Made by a program: the position numbers and the translations under genes. The notes under the pieces are model-generated. The model ran no database searches, was not told the DNA's origin, and was given only the letters and a program-made list of their open reading frames with translations. This document shows, piece after piece, positions 23,767-35,054 of a stretch of 64,000 nt of DNA. Positions within the stretch are counted from its first letter, which is position 1. The number at the start of each line of letters is the position of its first letter. This stretch comes from Vulcanimicrobiota bacterium (lineage in GTDB: Bacteria > Vulcanimicrobiota > Vulcanimicrobiia > Vulcanimicrobiales > Vulcanimicrobiaceae). Location: positions 64,001 to 128,000 of the forward strand of contig CAWCIZ010000002.1 of assembly GCA_963795855.1 (NCBI GenBank), given 5' to 3'.

Positions 23767-23780
23767 TACCAGAGTTCTCC

Positions 23781-23897
23781 TTAACCCTGCACTTGCTTGT
23801 GCTTGGGATTGACGTCGCAGATCACGCGCACTTTGCCTTCGCGCCGAATGATCTTGCACTTTTCACAGATTCGTTTTACTGACGGTCGAACTTTCAT
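23781..23897 (-). CDS. rpmJ: 50S ribosomal protein L36 (Zn-binding type), not in ORF track
   Basis: Hand translation: [38 protein letters not shown]. Confidence 0.95.
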   Translation of the reverse strand: MKVRPSVKRICEKCKIIRREGKVRVICDVNPKHKQVQG

Positions 23898-23904
23898 ATC
23901 TAAT

Positions 23905-24044
23905 GGCGCTCCGGCCTAGCCTGCGCGCCCCCCACTCGTGGGGCCCCCAGACCGAACATGGCGCCTCATCCTTTCTGCCGCTGTGCACCCTCCCCGAGGG
24001 CGCCGTGTAGTTTTTCTGCCGCTGTGCACCCTCCCCGAGGGCGC
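23905..24044. repeat. Copy of the intergenic palindromic element with a duplicated terminal hairpin
   Basis: GGCGCTCCGGCCTAGCCTGCGCGCCCCCC...GTGCACCCTCCCCGAGGGCGC; a 32-bp segment is repeated at 23972 and 24013. Confidence 0.9.
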
Positions 24045-24055
24045 GGTTGTTTCTT

Positions 24056-24347
24056 CTATTTATATCTGTACGTGATTCTGCCGTGCGTCAAATCGTACGC
24101 AGAGAGTTCCACCAGAACTCGGTCGCCGGGGAGGATACGGATGAAGTGCATCCGGATCTTGCCCGACACGTGGGCTAACACTCGATGGCCGCTGGTGAGT
24201 TCCACGTGGAACATGGCGTTGGGGAGCGGTTCGACGATGGTGCCCTCGACTTCGATCGCTTCTTCCTTAGGCGTCGCGCTTTGCGCCGCTTTCTCGGCTC
24301 TTCGGCGACCTGGATCGGGGCGGCTGGCCGCGTCTCCCTCTGGCCAC
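24056..24347 (-). CDS. infA: Translation initiation factor IF-1; frameshift in N-terminal extension
   Basis: Hand translation: [24 protein letters not shown]...[38 protein letters not shown]. Confidence 0.92.
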
Positions 24348-24361
24348 TATGTGCACCCCAT

Positions 24362-25163
24362 TCATGCTGCCATCTCTTCCTTCGGACGGTACTTCGCGAC
24401 GTCGGGGTGCTCGCCGATGTCGCGCAGCGTCAAGATTTTGGACCGTCGTCCGTAATGGCGATGGTATGCTCGAAGTGCGCTGCGAGTTTACCATCTGCCG
24501 TGACGACTGTCCAGCCATCCTGAAGGGTTTCTACCGAGTAATGCCCCTCGGTAATCATAGGCTCGATTGCCAGAACCAGGCCCGGGCGCAGCTCGAGCCC
24601 GCGCCCGCACGGCCGTAGTTGGGCACCTGCGGCTCCTCGTGCATCTTGGTGCCGATACCGTGACCGACCAACTCTCGCACGACGCCGTAGCCATTCGACT
24701 CCGCGTACTCCTGGACGGCGTTGCCGATGTCGCCCAGGTGCTTGCCTTTGTACATCTGCGCGATGCCGGTCATCAAGCATTCCTGAGTAATGCGCATCAG
24801 CCGCTCGGCGTTCTCGCCGACGCTGCCGACGGCAACCGTAATGGCCGAATCGCTCACATACCCGTCGAGCGTCGTGCCGATGTCGATTGAAAGCAAGTCG
24901 CCGTCCTGCAGCACTTGATCGCCGGGTATTCCGTGAACGACTTCCTCGTTGACCGACGTGCAAATGCTGCACGGATAGCCGTGATAGCCTTTGAAGGTCG
25001 GCAGCCCGCCCATGGAGCGAATCCCGCGCTCGGCAAGATCGTCCAAGTCGCGCGTCGTCATCCCGGGGCGCACCGCACGGATCAGATCGCCGAGCACCTT
25101 CGCGGTCACTTTACCGCTGCGGCGCATCTTTTCGATTTCGCGGGGCGACTTGATCGTGATCAC
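24362..25163 (-). CDS. map: Methionine aminopeptidase type I; frameshifted
   Basis: [41 protein letters not shown]. Confidence 0.93.
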
Positions 25164-25816
25164 GACGCGGCCTGCTTCGGTCCATCGAGCTTCGAAATCA
25201 GTTCGCGCGTCACGTCGTCGACGGAAGCGAGCGCGTCGATGCCGATCAATTTTCCCCTATGGCGATAGTAGTCGACGAGCGGGGCCGTTTGACGATCGTA
25301 CACGTCGAGCCGCTTCGTAACCGTCTCGGGTTTGTCGTCCTCGCGCTGAACGAGCGGGCCGCCGTCCTCGTCGTCCACGCCGGTGATCCGCGGCGGGTTC
25401 GTCACGGCGTTGTACGTGCGGCCGGTGCGCGGGTTCGTCCACCGCGCGGTCAGCCGCGTGAACAGCGACTCGCGATCGGCGTTGAAGAGCACGACGGCGT
25501 CCAGCGGCGTCTTGCGCGCTTGGAGCAGCGCGTCGAGCGCCTCCGCCTGCGCGACCGTGCGCGGAAAGCCGTCCATGATGAAGCCGCCGCGATCCTTTTC
25601 CAGTTCGGCTTCGATCATCTTGATGATCACTTCGTCCGGCACGAGCGCACCGCCGACCATGTAGCTCTGCGCGAGCTTCCCGAGCTCGGTGCCTTTCGCG
25701 CGGTTCTCGCGCAGGATGTCGCCCGTCGAAATTTGCTTCGCGGCGAAACGCTCCGAGAGAATCTTCGCCTGCGTGCCTTTCCCTGCGCCGGGCGGGCCTA
25801 AAAAAACGAGGCGCAT
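25160..25816 (-). CDS. adk: Adenylate kinase
   Basis: LGPPGAGKGTQ, ISTGDILR, DGFPRT. Confidence 0.96.
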   Translation of the reverse strand: MRLVFLGPPGAGKGTQAKILSERFAAKQISTGDILRENRAKGTELGKLAQSYMVGGALVPDEVIIKMIEAELEKDRGGFIMDGFPRTVAQAEALDALLQARKTPLDAVVLFNADRESLFTRLTARWTNPRTGRTYNAVTNPPRITGVDDEDGGPLVQREDDKPETVTKRLDVYDRQTAPLVDYYRHRGKLIGIDALASVDDVTRELISKLDGPKQAAS

Positions 25817-27108
25817 CAGCGCTTTATGAAGCCCCGATAATCGCGCATTGCCAAGCGCGCTTCGATCTGTGTGATCGTGTCGAGCGCGACGCCGACGACG
25901 ATGAGCAGCGAGGTGGAGCCCAGATAGAACGTCGTCACGGAAAGTCCGCGCTGCAGCGCGCCCGGCAGCACCGCAAGCAGACCGAGGTATATCGCGGCCG
26001 CGGTGGTGATGCGCAGCAGGATGCGGTTGATGTAATCGACCGTCGGCTGCCCCGGACGAATACCCGGAATGAACGAGCCGCTCTTCTTAAGGTTGTCCGC
26101 GATGTCTTTGGTGTTGATGACGACCGCGCTGTAGAAGAACGTGAAGATCACGACCAGCACGAAATATACGAGATTATACAGCCACGAGTTCGGGCTGAAA
26201 TTCACGCTGATCCATCCCGATATGCCGGCCCAGAAGCCGGTCGATCCGCCCTTGTTGAACCACGAAAGCGCCTGCTGCGGCAGCAGCAGAATCGAAATCG
26301 CGAAGATGATGGAAATGACGCCGGCGTTGTTCAGGCGCAGGGGAATGTACGTCGATCGCCCCGCGAACATCTTGCGTCCGACGACCCGGCGCGCTTGCTG
26401 CACCGGGACGCGGCGCTGTCCTTGATACAGGAACACAATGGAGATGATGACCGCAACTGCGATGACGATATAGAGGATCAGGTTGACCACGGACTCGCCG
26501 CCCTTCGACGTCGACGAGTACGTTTGCGAAACGTACTGCGGATAGCGCAGCACGATGCCGATGAAGATGATCAGTGAAACGCCGTTGCCGATGCCTTTGT
26601 CGGTGATTTGCTCGCCCAGCCACATCAGGAACAGCGTGCCGGCAACCATGGCGATGACCGCGTAGACGCCGAACCACCAGCTGGTGTCGTAAAAAACGCC
26701 GGAACCGCGCATGACGTTGACCATGAAAAAGCCCTGCAGCGTGGCCAGAACGATCGTGAGCCAGCGCGTATACTGACCGATCTTCTTGCGGCCTTCCTCG
26801 CCGCCTTTCTTGGCCATCTCTTCGAGCTGCGGCATCACCACGGTCATAAGCTGCATGATGATCGACGCGTTGATGTAGGGCGTGATGCCCATCGCGATGA
26901 TCGACAGCTTCTGCAGCGCGCCGCCGGACAAGAAGCCGAGCAGGTTATAGAACGTTCCACCCTGCAGCACCGATTGCCATCGCGCTTCGTTCACGTTCGG
27001 CAGTTGCACGTGAATCATGAACACGAACACGGCGAACGCGAAAAAGACGAACAGCACTCGCTGCCGGATATCCGGAACCAGAAGCGCCGCGCGAAGGTTG
27101 TTCAGCAC
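25816..27108 (-). CDS. secY: Preprotein translocase SecY
   Basis: MGITPYINASII, WLGEQITDKGIGNGVSLIIF, FIPGIRPG. Confidence 0.97.
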   Translation of the reverse strand: MLNNLRAALLVPDIRQRVLFVFFAFAVFVFMIHVQLPNVNEARWQSVLQGGTFYNLLGFLSGGALQKLSIIAMGITPYINASIIMQLMTVVMPQLEEMAKKGGEEGRKKIGQYTRWLTIVLATLQGFFMVNVMRGSGVFYDTSWWFGVYAVIAMVAGTLFLMWLGEQITDKGIGNGVSLIIFIGIVLRYPQYVSQTYSSTSKGGESVVNLILYIVIAVAVIISIVFLYQGQRRVPVQQARRVVGRKMFAGRSTYIPLRLNNAGVISIIFAISILLLPQQALSWFNKGGSTGFWAGISGWISVNFSPNSWLYNLVYFVLVVIFTFFYSAVVINTKDIADNLKKSGSFIPGIRPGQPTVDYINRILLRITTAAAIYLGLLAVLPGALQRGLSVTTFYLGSTSLLIVVGVALDTITQIEARLAMRDYRGFIKR

Positions 27109-27728
27109 TAGCCTTCGTCACCATGAGCGTCGTCGAACGAAGCGCCCGCGGCGTTCAACGCCTCGCGCGCACTATTCGAGAAGACGACGTCCCGGAAACG
27201 CAGCCCGGACGGGACCGTCTTGCCCGATTTGCTGCCGCCGAGAATCTTCACGCCGTCGCGTACGGCTTTGATCTTCTTGGCGACCTTAAGCGTTTGCGGC
27301 GTGACTTCGACGGAAGTGTCCCAGTCGGCAAGATCGTGCAAATTGACCACGGCGTATTCCGTACGGAAATGCCCGATGTCGCGCGCCTTCTGCGAGTAGC
27401 CGCGCCGATGCGGCAAGCGACGCGCCCACGGCGTTTGACCGCCCTCGAACGCCGGCCCTTTGCCGCCGCCGGAACGAACCGTTTGTCCTTTTCCGCCTTC
27501 GCCGCCGGTCTTGACCATGCCGGAACCATGTCCGCGCCCGACCCGCGTGCGCTTGGGCCAGCTGCCCTCGGCGGGTTTCACGACACCGAGCGAAAGAAGC
27601 GAACTCTTCGCCGTAGCGAGGTTTGCTTTCGCAGCGGTTTTTGTAGCGGTTTTTGCGGCGGTTTTTGAAGCGGCCTTCGTGCTGGACTTTGCGCTAGCCG
27701 TCTTCGTTGATTTTTTTCTCTCTGCCAT
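27108..27728 (-). CDS. rplO: 50S ribosomal protein L15 with K/A/T-rich N-terminal extension
   Basis: RVGRGHGSG, GKGQTVRSG, FEGGQTP. Confidence 0.93.
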   Translation of the reverse strand: MAERKKSTKTASAKSSTKAASKTAAKTATKTAAKANLATAKSSLLSLGVVKPAEGSWPKRTRVGRGHGSGMVKTGGEGGKGQTVRSGGGKGPAFEGGQTPWARRLPHRRGYSQKARDIGHFRTEYAVVNLHDLADWDTSVEVTPQTLKVAKKIKAVRDGVKILGGSKSGKTVPSGLRFRDVVFSNSAREALNAAGASFDDAHGDEG

Positions 27729-27778
27729 ACTATCTCCGTTTAAAAGCGCTGCGGCCGAGCCTCCGCGCCCTGAGGTCT

Positions 27779-28294
27779 TCAAGCGGCGAATATGTCGCCG
27801 ACGTTCTTGCCGCGCAGTCGGGCGACTTGCTCGGCGGTTTTCAGCGTGCGAAGCGCTTCGACCGTCGCGTACACGACGTTCACCGGGTTGCTGGTGCCGA
27901 GCGATTTCGTCAGGATGTCGTGAATGCCGGCCAGTTCCAGCACCGCGCGCATCGGGCCGCCGGCGATAACGCCGGTACCCGGAGCCGCCGGTTTGAGCAG
28001 TACCCGTGCCGCGCCGATCGTGTGATTTACTTGGTGCGGAATCGTCTTCTCCACCATCGGCACGGTAACGAGATTTTTCTTCGCGCCTTCGACCGCTTTG
28101 CGGATCGCTTCGGGCACTTCACCGGCTTTCCCGATGGCGAAACCGACGCGCCCCTTGCGATCGCCGACGACGACGAGCGCGCTGAAGCTGAAGCGTTTAC
28201 CGCCTTTGACGACCTTCGCGACGCGATTGACGCGCACGACGGTTTCTTCAAATCCGGAATTGTCGCGTTCGCGACCACCACCACGGTATTGCAT
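27779..28294 (-). CDS. rpsE: 30S ribosomal protein S5
   Basis: [28 protein letters not shown]. Confidence 0.97.
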   Translation of the reverse strand: MQYRGGGRERDNSGFEETVVRVNRVAKVVKGGKRFSFSALVVVGDRKGRVGFAIGKAGEVPEAIRKAVEGAKKNLVTVPMVEKTIPHQVNHTIGAARVLLKPAAPGTGVIAGGPMRAVLELAGIHDILTKSLGTSNPVNVVYATVEALRTLKTAEQVARLRGKNVGDIFAA

Positions 28295-28343
28295 TAAAGG
28301 CGCTCCGCTCTAAAAGAGATGCTGCTGCTATCAGGCCACTGCA

Positions 28344-28709
28344 TTAAAATTCGAGTCCCGCTTGACGAGCTGCGTCGGCAAGCGCTTTGACGCGGCCGTG
28401 GTATTTCAAACCGCCGCGATCGAAGACGACCTGCGTAATGCCGGCCTGTTTCGCTTTGGCGGCGATCGCCGTGCCGATTTTCTCGGCTGCGGCAAGGTTC
28501 GTCGTCGAATCGAGTCCGTCGGCCAAATCCTTCTCGCGAGTCGACGCGGACGCAATGGTGTGGCCCTTCGCGTCGTCAACGACGGTTGCGTAGATATGAT
28601 GCAGCGTGCGGCGCATCAGCAGGCGCGGACGCTCCGCAGAGCCTCCGAGCTTGCGCCGCAGCCGGCGATGCCGCTTCTGACGGCTCTGATCTTTTGAGGT
28701 GCCGGCCAT
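28344..28709 (-). CDS. rplR: 50S ribosomal protein L18
   Basis: [22 protein letters not shown]. Confidence 0.96.
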   Translation of the reverse strand: MAGTSKDQSRQKRHRRLRRKLGGSAERPRLLMRRTLHHIYATVVDDAKGHTIASASTREKDLADGLDSTTNLAAAEKIGTAIAAKAKQAGITQVVFDRGGLKYHGRVKALADAARQAGLEF

Positions 28710-29257
28710 TACTTTTTACCTGCCTTACCGGCCTTGCCGAGTTTCTTGCGCACGACTTCCGCGGCGTAACGCACGCCTTTGCCTTTGTACGGCTCGGGCG
28801 GACGAAGGTTGCGGATCTCCGCCGCCACCTGGCCGACTTGCTGCTTGTCGATGCCCTCGACGTGAATCTTGTTCGTGCCTTCGACGGAGAGCGTGATGCC
28901 TTGGGGCGCTTTGTACGCGACGGGATGCGAATAGCCCAGCGTCAGGTTCAGGCCGTCGCCGGATTTCGCGGCGCGATAACCCACGCCCTGAATCTCCAAG
29001 CTCTTACGGAACCCTTTGCTCACGCCCTCGATCATATTGTTCACGAGCGTGCGCGTGAGGCCGTGCGCGGAGCGGTGCTCTTTAGCGTCGCCCTTGCGTT
29101 CGACCAGCACTTTGCCGTCCTCCAGTTTCACCGCGACGTGCGCGAGCACGCGCTGGCGAAGTTCGCCTTTCGGCCCCTTCACCTGCACTTCGCTGCCGTC
29201 GATTGTGACGTTTACGCCGCTCGGAACGGCTACGGGTAACTTTCCAATACGTGACAT
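28709..29257 (-). CDS. rplF: 50S ribosomal protein L6
   Basis: [22 protein letters not shown]. Confidence 0.97.
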   Translation of the reverse strand: MSRIGKLPVAVPSGVNVTIDGSEVQVKGPKGELRQRVLAHVAVKLEDGKVLVERKGDAKEHRSAHGLTRTLVNNMIEGVSKGFRKSLEIQGVGYRAAKSGDGLNLTLGYSHPVAYKAPQGITLSVEGTNKIHVEGIDKQQVGQVAAEIRNLRPPEPYKGKGVRYAAEVVRKKLGKAGKAGKK

Positions 29258-29295
29258 TCTAAAGGCGCTCCGCTCGAATGTAGACTGCGTTCATC

Positions 29296-29697
29296 TCACC
29301 AGACATAAGCCAGCACTTCGCCTCCGCAGCCTTCCTTTTTGGCCCGCTTGCCGGACATGATCCCCTTCGACGTCGACATGATGACGAGCCCGAGACCACC
29401 GAGCACGCGCGGAATCTCAGTCTTAGTCGTGTAGACGCGCAAGCCGGGACGCGAGATGCGGCGCAGTCCGGTAATAATTTTCTCTTTGTTCGGGCCGTAC
29501 TTGAGTTTGATCCGAATCACGCCCTGAGGGCCTTCGTTCAGCCGCTCGAAGTCGTTGATGAACCCTTCGTCTTTGAGAATTTGCGTAACCGCGTGCTTCG
29601 TACGCGATGCCGGAACGTCCACCACGTCATGATTGGCGGTGTTCGCGTTGCGGATGCGCGTGAGCAGATCGGCGATGGGATCCGTGATGACAGCCAT
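29296..29697 (-). CDS. rpsH: 30S ribosomal protein S8
   Basis: [33 protein letters not shown]. Confidence 0.97.
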   Translation of the reverse strand: MAVITDPIADLLTRIRNANTANHDVVDVPASRTKHAVTQILKDEGFINDFERLNEGPQGVIRIKLKYGPNKEKIITGLRRISRPGLRVYTTKTEIPRVLGGLGLVIMSTSKGIMSGKRAKKEGCGGEVLAYVW

Positions 29698-29711
29698 TAC
29701 TCGTTACGCTC

Positions 29712-29897
29712 CTACCACGACGCCTTGGTCACGCCGGGAATGTTGCCTTTGTGCGCGTTCTCACGAAAACAAATACGGCACAGCGCGAATTTGCGATACA
29801 CGCCGCGCGGCCGGCCGCAAAGCTCGCAGCGCAGGTGCGCGCGCACTTTGAACTTCGGCGTGCGTTTCGATTTTTCAATAAGAGCCGTCTTGGCCAT
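29712..29897 (-). CDS. rpsZ: 30S ribosomal protein S14, Zn-binding type Z
   Basis: 61 aa; [17 protein letters not shown]. Confidence 0.95.
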   Translation of the reverse strand: MAKTALIEKSKRTPKFKVRAHLRCELCGRPRGVYRKFALCRICFRENAHKGNIPGVTKASW

Positions 29898-30451
29898 TAA
29901 CGTGCACCTGTTTTCTGCAGCGGCAAGCCCATTGCGGTCAGGAACTCGGTCGCCTCTTCGTCGTTCTTCGCCGTCGTCACGATGACGATGTCCATGCCGC
30001 GCATCTTGTCGACCTTGTCATAGTTGATCTCGGGAAACACGATCTGCTCGCGCAATCCCATGTTGTAGTTGCCGCGCCCGTCGAACGACTTGCGCGCCAG
30101 TCCGCGAAAGTCGCGGATACGCGGCAGGACGATGTTGAACAGCTTGTCCAAAAACACGTACATCCGCTCGCCGCGAAGCGTAACCTTCGCGCCGATGTTC
30201 ATACCTTCGCGCAGCTTGAACGCGGCGATCGACTTCTTAGCCTTGGTCACGACCGGCTTCTGACCCGAGATCGCCTGCAACTCGCCGACGGCTGTGTCCA
30301 GTACTTTCGAGTTGCTGATCGCGTCGCCGACGCTCATGTTGATGACGACCTTCTTCAGCTTCGGAATCTGGCTGACGTTCTTGTAGCCGAAACGCTCCTG
30401 CAGCTGCTTGCGAACTTCTTTGTCGTATTTTTCTTTCAATCGCGTGGGCAT
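29897..30451 (-). CDS. rplE: 50S ribosomal protein L5
   Basis: [28 protein letters not shown]. Confidence 0.97.
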   Translation of the reverse strand: MPTRLKEKYDKEVRKQLQERFGYKNVSQIPKLKKVVINMSVGDAISNSKVLDTAVGELQAISGQKPVVTKAKKSIAAFKLREGMNIGAKVTLRGERMYVFLDKLFNIVLPRIRDFRGLARKSFDGRGNYNMGLREQIVFPEINYDKVDKMRGMDIVIVTTAKNDEEATEFLTAMGLPLQKTGAR

Positions 30452-30455
30452 CGCA

Positions 30456-30809
30456 CTAGGCTCCCTTTGCCGATAGACGCGCAGGCTCGCCGCACTTGGC
30501 GCAGACGCGATGCGTACCTTCGGCCGTTTCGCGATGACGGATGCGCGCCGGCGCTTTGCATTTTTCGCAGACGTACTGCAGAGCCGCGAGCGGAAGCGGA
30601 GCTTCCTTCTCGAGAATGCCGCCGGTTTGCGCAGCGCCGCCCATGTTCTGCTGCTGCGTACCCTGCTTGGTGTGTCGCTTGACGACGTTGAGGCCTTCCA
30701 CGGTCGCCATGCCCGCTTTCGGGAACACGGCCTTCACCACGCCGCGTTTGCCTTTTTCTTTGCCGCGGCGAATCATGACGGTATCGCCTTTTATGATGTT
30801 CATAGCCAT
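30456..30809 (-). CDS. rplX: 50S ribosomal protein L24
   Basis: [38 protein letters not shown]. Confidence 0.93.
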   Translation of the reverse strand: MAMNIIKGDTVMIRRGKEKGKRGVVKAVFPKAGMATVEGLNVVKRHTKQGTQQQNMGGAAQTGGILEKEAPLPLAALQYVCEKCKAPARIRHRETAEGTHRVCAKCGEPARLSAKGA

Positions 30810-31186
30810 TAGAGAACCTCGGGAGCCAGCGATGCGATCTTCAGGAAGCCGCGGTCGCGCAGTTCGCGCATGACCGGGCCGAAGACGCGCGTGCCGCGCG
30901 GATCCAAGTTGTCCTTGTCGCCTTTGATGATGACGCACGCGTTGTCGTCCGACTTCACGACCGAACCGTCCGCACGGCGAATCGGCGCGGACGTGCGCAC
31001 GATCACCGCTTTGACGACTTGACCTTTCTTGACCGCCGCACCCGGAATCGCACTTTTCACCGTGCCGACGACGATGTCGCCGACGTGCGCGTAGGGATGA
31101 CGGCTGCCGCCGCTCACGTGAATCACGAGCAGTTCGCGCGCGCCGGAGTTGTCCGCCACTTTGAGCCGTGTCTCTTGCTGGATCAT
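30809..31186 (-). CDS. rplN: 50S ribosomal protein L14
   Basis: [31 protein letters not shown]. Confidence 0.97.
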   Translation of the reverse strand: MIQQETRLKVADNSGARELLVIHVSGGSRHPYAHVGDIVVGTVKSAIPGAAVKKGQVVKAVIVRTSAPIRRADGSVVKSDDNACVIIKGDKDNLDPRGTRVFGPVMRELRDRGFLKIASLAPEVL

Positions 31187-31455
31187 TTTGCGCGCTCCAC
31201 GACCTCGACCAGGCGCCAGCGCTTGTCCTTGGACAGCGGACGGCATTCCATGATGCGAACGGTATCGCCGGCTTTGGCATCGTTTTGCTCGTCGTGCGCT
31301 TTGAACTTCACCGACTTGCGAACGATCTTGCCGTACACCGGGTGCGGCACGCGCGTCTCCGACACGACGACGATCGTCTTGTCCATCTTGTCGGAAACGA
31401 CGCGGCCTTGTTTGATGCGGCGATTGTGCCGCTTGCTCGTGTTAAGCTGCTCCAT
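31183..31455 (-). CDS. rpsQ: 30S ribosomal protein S17
   Basis: [25 protein letters not shown]. Confidence 0.96.
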   Translation of the reverse strand: MEQLNTSKRHNRRIKQGRVVSDKMDKTIVVVSETRVPHPVYGKIVRKSVKFKAHDEQNDAKAGDTVRIMECRPLSKDKRWRLVEVVERAK

Positions 31456-31663
31456 TCTTAGCCTCGGCGATCCGTTTCTCTGAAATGACGGTATGAATTT
31501 GCGCATAGGTGCGGCGCATCGCGCGCACTTTGCTGAAATCGGACAGATGGCCGGTGCGCAGCGCGAAGCGAAGGTTGAACAGTTCTTCCTTCGTCTCTTT
31601 CGCCTTCTGCTGCAACTCGGCGATCGTCAAATTGCGGAGCTCTTTGAAATCATGCGTTCTCAT
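31442..31663 (-). CDS. rpmC: 50S ribosomal protein L29
   Basis: [19 protein letters not shown]; position between rplP and rpsQ. Confidence 0.93.
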   Translation of the reverse strand: MRTHDFKELRNLTIAELQQKAKETKEELFNLRFALRTGHLSDFSKVRAMRRTYAQIHTVISEKRIAEAKNGAA

Positions 31664-31711
31664 TCTAACGGCACTCCGTTCTGGGAGCCGACGCCGCAAA
31701 AAGCACCGCAA

Positions 31712-32131
31712 TCATGAAGCGGCCTCCTCGCGGGAAACGATCTTCGTTCCGATGGGCAGTTTCGAAGCCGCAAGTGCGAGCGCGCGCTTTGCGACGTCCC
31801 GCTCGACGCCGGAGAGTTCGAACAGCACGCGGCCCGGACGCACGACGGCGACCCAGAACTCCGGATTGCCTTTACCGGCGCCCATGCGGACTTCGGCGGG
31901 CTTCTTCGTCACCGACTTGTCGGGGAATACTTTGATCCAGACCTTGCCGCCGCGCTTGATGTGACGCGTCATCGCGATACGCGCAGCTTCGATCTGACGG
32001 TTCGTCATCCAGCACGGTTCGAGCGCCTGCAGTCCGTACTCGCCGAACGTCAGCGTGTTGCCGCGCAGCGACTTTCCGCGCATGCGGCCGCGGTGCACTT
32101 TCCGCCACTTGACTCGCTTGGGTGTTAGCAT
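31712..32131 (-). CDS. rplP: 50S ribosomal protein L16
   Basis: [30 protein letters not shown]. Confidence 0.97.
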   Translation of the reverse strand: MLTPKRVKWRKVHRGRMRGKSLRGNTLTFGEYGLQALEPCWMTNRQIEAARIAMTRHIKRGGKVWIKVFPDKSVTKKPAEVRMGAGKGNPEFWVAVVRPGRVLFELSGVERDVAKRALALAASKLPIGTKIVSREEAAS

Positions 32132-32979
32132 TACTCGGCCACCTCGGGGGCTGCTGGTTCGGGAACGCTCGTTTGCGCTTCCGATTGAACGGGCGCATCC
32201 GAACCGCTCGCATCAGGTACGTGTACTTGCGCTTCCGCACTGTCGGGAGTAGGACGCGGGGCGCCTCCGCGGCGTCCCCGGCCGCCGCGATCGCGCCGAT
32301 CGCGGAACTGCGGACGATCGCCGCGTCCGGCCTCACGCTCGCCGCGCGCATGCTCGGGCAGCACTTCTCCGCGGTAAATCCAAACTTTCACGCCGATTCG
32401 GCCAAACGTTGTAAACGCTTCAACGTGCGCATAGTCGATGTCCGCGCGCAGCGTATGCAACGGCACCTTCCCGTCGTGGTTGCGCTCGGTGCGCGCGATT
32501 TCCGCGCCGCCCAGGCGCCCGGAAACCTGCACCTTGACGCCGCGAGCGCCGGCTTTCATGGTACGCATGATCGCCTGTTTCATCGCGCGGCGGAACGCAA
32601 TGCGCTTCTCCAACTGATCGACGATGTTTTGACCGACCAGACGCGCATCCAGTTCCGGATGCTTGATTTCCATGACGTTGACTTGGACGCTCTTGCCGGT
32701 CAACTTTTCGAGGTTCTTGCGAATCTCTTCGATGCCCACGCCGCGCTTGCCGATGATGATACCCGGCTTGCCCGTGTTGACGATTACGCGGGCCTGATTG
32801 GCGCGCCGCTCGATTTCGATCTTGCTGATCGCCGCGGGGCGCATCCAGCGCGTGAAATACTTGCGGATCTTGACGTCTTCGTGCAGCCAGTCCTTATAAT
32901 GCTTTTTCTCGAACCAGCGGCTGTCCCACGTGCGCGTGATGCCCAGACGCAGGCCGACCGGATGAATTTTTTGTCCCAT
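32131..32979 (-). CDS. rpsC: 30S ribosomal protein S3
   Basis: [35 protein letters not shown]. Confidence 0.97.
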   Translation of the reverse strand: MGQKIHPVGLRLGITRTWDSRWFEKKHYKDWLHEDVKIRKYFTRWMRPAAISKIEIERRANQARVIVNTGKPGIIIGKRGVGIEEIRKNLEKLTGKSVQVNVMEIKHPELDARLVGQNIVDQLEKRIAFRRAMKQAIMRTMKAGARGVKVQVSGRLGGAEIARTERNHDGKVPLHTLRADIDYAHVEAFTTFGRIGVKVWIYRGEVLPEHARGEREAGRGDRPQFRDRRDRGGRGRRGGAPRPTPDSAEAQVHVPDASGSDAPVQSEAQTSVPEPAAPEVAE

Positions 32980-32981
32980 GG

Positions 32982-33497
32982 TTACTCCGTAGCTCCTGCG
33001 GCTGCAGCTTTCTTCGTGGTCCGTTTACGGGGCGCCGGCTTTTTCGCGGGTGCTGCCGCAGCAGTCGTCTTGCGCGTGGTCGCGCGTTTGACGCCAACGG
33101 CCGCGCCGCCGCGCGCCTTGCGCTTCTTCACGGGCGGTTTCTCTGCGACGGCGACGGTCACGTGCGACATACGCTTGCGTTTGAAATTGGCGCGGCCTTG
33201 TGCACGCGGATCCAGGCGTTTGGTGAAACGGCCCCCGGGACCGCCGTCGACCGTCACGCGCGTGACGTACAGAGCGTCAGTGTTCATGTCGTGATTGTTT
33301 TCGGCGTTGGCGACCGCGCTGCGAAGCAGCTTCTCGATCGGCTCCGCCGCGAAGACACCGGCGAACTGCAGCATCACGAGCGCTTCCTTCACGCTCTTGC
33401 CGCGAATCGCGTCGGCCACTCGGCGCAGTTTGCGCGGGCCCATGCGCGCGAACTTCAAGTGTGCTACGGCTTCCGTACGTTGCGTTTCCTGCGCCAT
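32982..33497 (-). CDS. rplV: 50S ribosomal protein L22 with K/A-rich C-terminal tail
   Basis: [29 protein letters not shown]. Confidence 0.95.
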   Translation of the reverse strand: MAQETQRTEAVAHLKFARMGPRKLRRVADAIRGKSVKEALVMLQFAGVFAAEPIEKLLRSAVANAENNHDMNTDALYVTRVTVDGGPGGRFTKRLDPRAQGRANFKRKRMSHVTVAVAEKPPVKKRKARGGAAVGVKRATTRKTTAAAAPAKKPAPRKRTTKKAAAAGATE

Positions 33498-33498
33498 G

Positions 33499-33774
33499 CT
33501 ACTTCACCGCCGCCTTGTCGCCGCCGTGACCGCGGAAAGTGCGCGTCGGCGCGAACTCGCCCAATTTGTGCCCGACCATGTTTTCGGTAACGAACACCGG
33601 AACGTGCGCTTTGCCGTTGTGCACGCCGATCGTGTGGCCCACCATAGACGGAACGATCGTCGAAGCGCGGCTCCACGTCTTGACGACGCGCTTTTCGCGC
33701 CGCTCGTTCATTCCTTCGATCTTCTTCATCAGATGGTCCGCAATGTACGGACCCTTCTTTAAACTACGTCCCAT
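33499..33774 (-). CDS. rpsS: 30S ribosomal protein S19
   Basis: [30 protein letters not shown]. Confidence 0.97.
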   Translation of the reverse strand: MGRSLKKGPYIADHLMKKIEGMNERREKRVVKTWSRASTIVPSMVGHTIGVHNGKAHVPVFVTENMVGHKLGEFAPTRTFRGHGGDKAAVK

Positions 33775-33780
33775 TCTACT

Positions 33781-33887
33781 CGCGCTCCGCTCTGAGCTGC
33801 GCGCCCCCCATTGCAAACAACGGGGCCTCCGGGCCATGGGGCGCATAAACTGCACTGCTAACTTGGGCGTTCCCCGAGGGCGCCCCA
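33781..33887. repeat. Diverged copy of the intergenic palindromic element
   Basis: GCGCTCCG...CTGCGCGCCCCCC...GCGCATAAACT...CTAAC...CCCCGAGGGCGC, shared with the 15311 unit. Confidence 0.85.
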
Positions 33888-33900
33888 ACGAAAATTTTCA

Positions 33901-34728
33901 TCACTTGCTACCACGCTTGCGAACGATCATGTTTTGCGTGCGCTTGTTGCGGCGCGTCTTTTTGCCCATCGTCATCTGTCCCCAAGGCGTGGTGGGCGGA
34001 CGACCGGAAGTCGAACGCGCTTCGCCGCCGCCGTGCGGGTGATCCACCGGATTCATTGCGATGCCGCGAACGCTCGGGCGCTTGCCGCGATGACGTTGAC
34101 GCCCCGCTTTGCCGATGATTTCATTTTCGTGCTCGACGTTGCCGAGCTGCCCGACCGTGGCGCGGCAGACAATCAGAATCTTGCGCACTTCGCCGGAAGG
34201 CATGCGCACCTGCGCGTACTCGCCTTCCTTGGCCATCAATTGCGCGGCGCCGCCGGCGCTGCGAACGAGCTTCGCGCCCTGCCCGGGCCGAAGTTCGATG
34301 CTGTGAATGACCGTGCCGACCGGAATGTTCTTGATCGGCAGACAGTTGCCGATCTTGATGTCCGCGTTCGGCCCTGATTCGACGACGTCGCCGACCTTGA
34401 GCCCGAGCGGCGCGAGGATGTAGCGCTTTTCGCCGTCGCGATAATTCAGCAGCGCGATGCGCGCGGAGCGGTTCGGATCGTACTCGAGCGTCGCAACCTT
34501 CGCCGGAATGGCGTCTTTAGCGCGCTTGAAGTCGATGATGCGGTACATCTTGCGCGTACCGCCGCCCTTGTGGCGCACCGTGATGTGCCCGTTGGAATTA
34601 CGGCCCGAGTGTTTTTTGCGTACCTCGATAAGAGACTTCTCGGGGTCGACTTTGCTGAGTTCCGAGAAATCGATCGTCGTCATGAACCGCTTGCCGGCGC
34701 TGGTCGGCTTATATTTTTTTACTGGCAT
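33901..34728 (-). CDS. rplB: 50S ribosomal protein L2
   Basis: [28 protein letters not shown]. Confidence 0.98.
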   Translation of the reverse strand: MPVKKYKPTSAGKRFMTTIDFSELSKVDPEKSLIEVRKKHSGRNSNGHITVRHKGGGTRKMYRIIDFKRAKDAIPAKVATLEYDPNRSARIALLNYRDGEKRYILAPLGLKVGDVVESGPNADIKIGNCLPIKNIPVGTVIHSIELRPGQGAKLVRSAGGAAQLMAKEGEYAQVRMPSGEVRKILIVCRATVGQLGNVEHENEIIGKAGRQRHRGKRPSVRGIAMNPVDHPHGGGEARSTSGRPPTTPWGQMTMGKKTRRNKRTQNMIVRKRGSK

Positions 34729-34744
34729 GAGGTTGTGTCCCGCC

Positions 34745-35053
34745 CTACTGCTCGAAGTAATTCACGCCGCCCAGTTCGATCTTCTGGCCGGGCTTGAGCG
34801 TGACGACGGCTTTTTTGTAGTCTTTGGTGCGGCCTTGCGTGCGAACGCCGCGGCGCGCGAAGTTCTTGCTTTTACCGCCGACGTTCACCGTATTGACGTT
34901 GACCACGTTCACTTTGAAGATCTCTTCGATCGCGTGACGGATCTGAGTTTTGGTCGCTTCCGGATGAACGACGAAGCTGTATTGCTGACCGAGCGCGTTC
35001 GCCATCGACTTTTCGGTGATCCGCGGAGACACGATAACGTCGCGTGCGTCCAT
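34745..35053 (-). CDS. rplW: 50S ribosomal protein L23
   Basis: [31 protein letters not shown]. Confidence 0.95.
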   Translation of the reverse strand: MDARDVIVSPRITEKSMANALGQQYSFVVHPEATKTQIRHAIEEIFKVNVVNVNTVNVGGKSKNFARRGVRTQGRTKDYKKAVVTLKPGQKIELGGVNYFEQ

Positions 35054-35054
35054 T

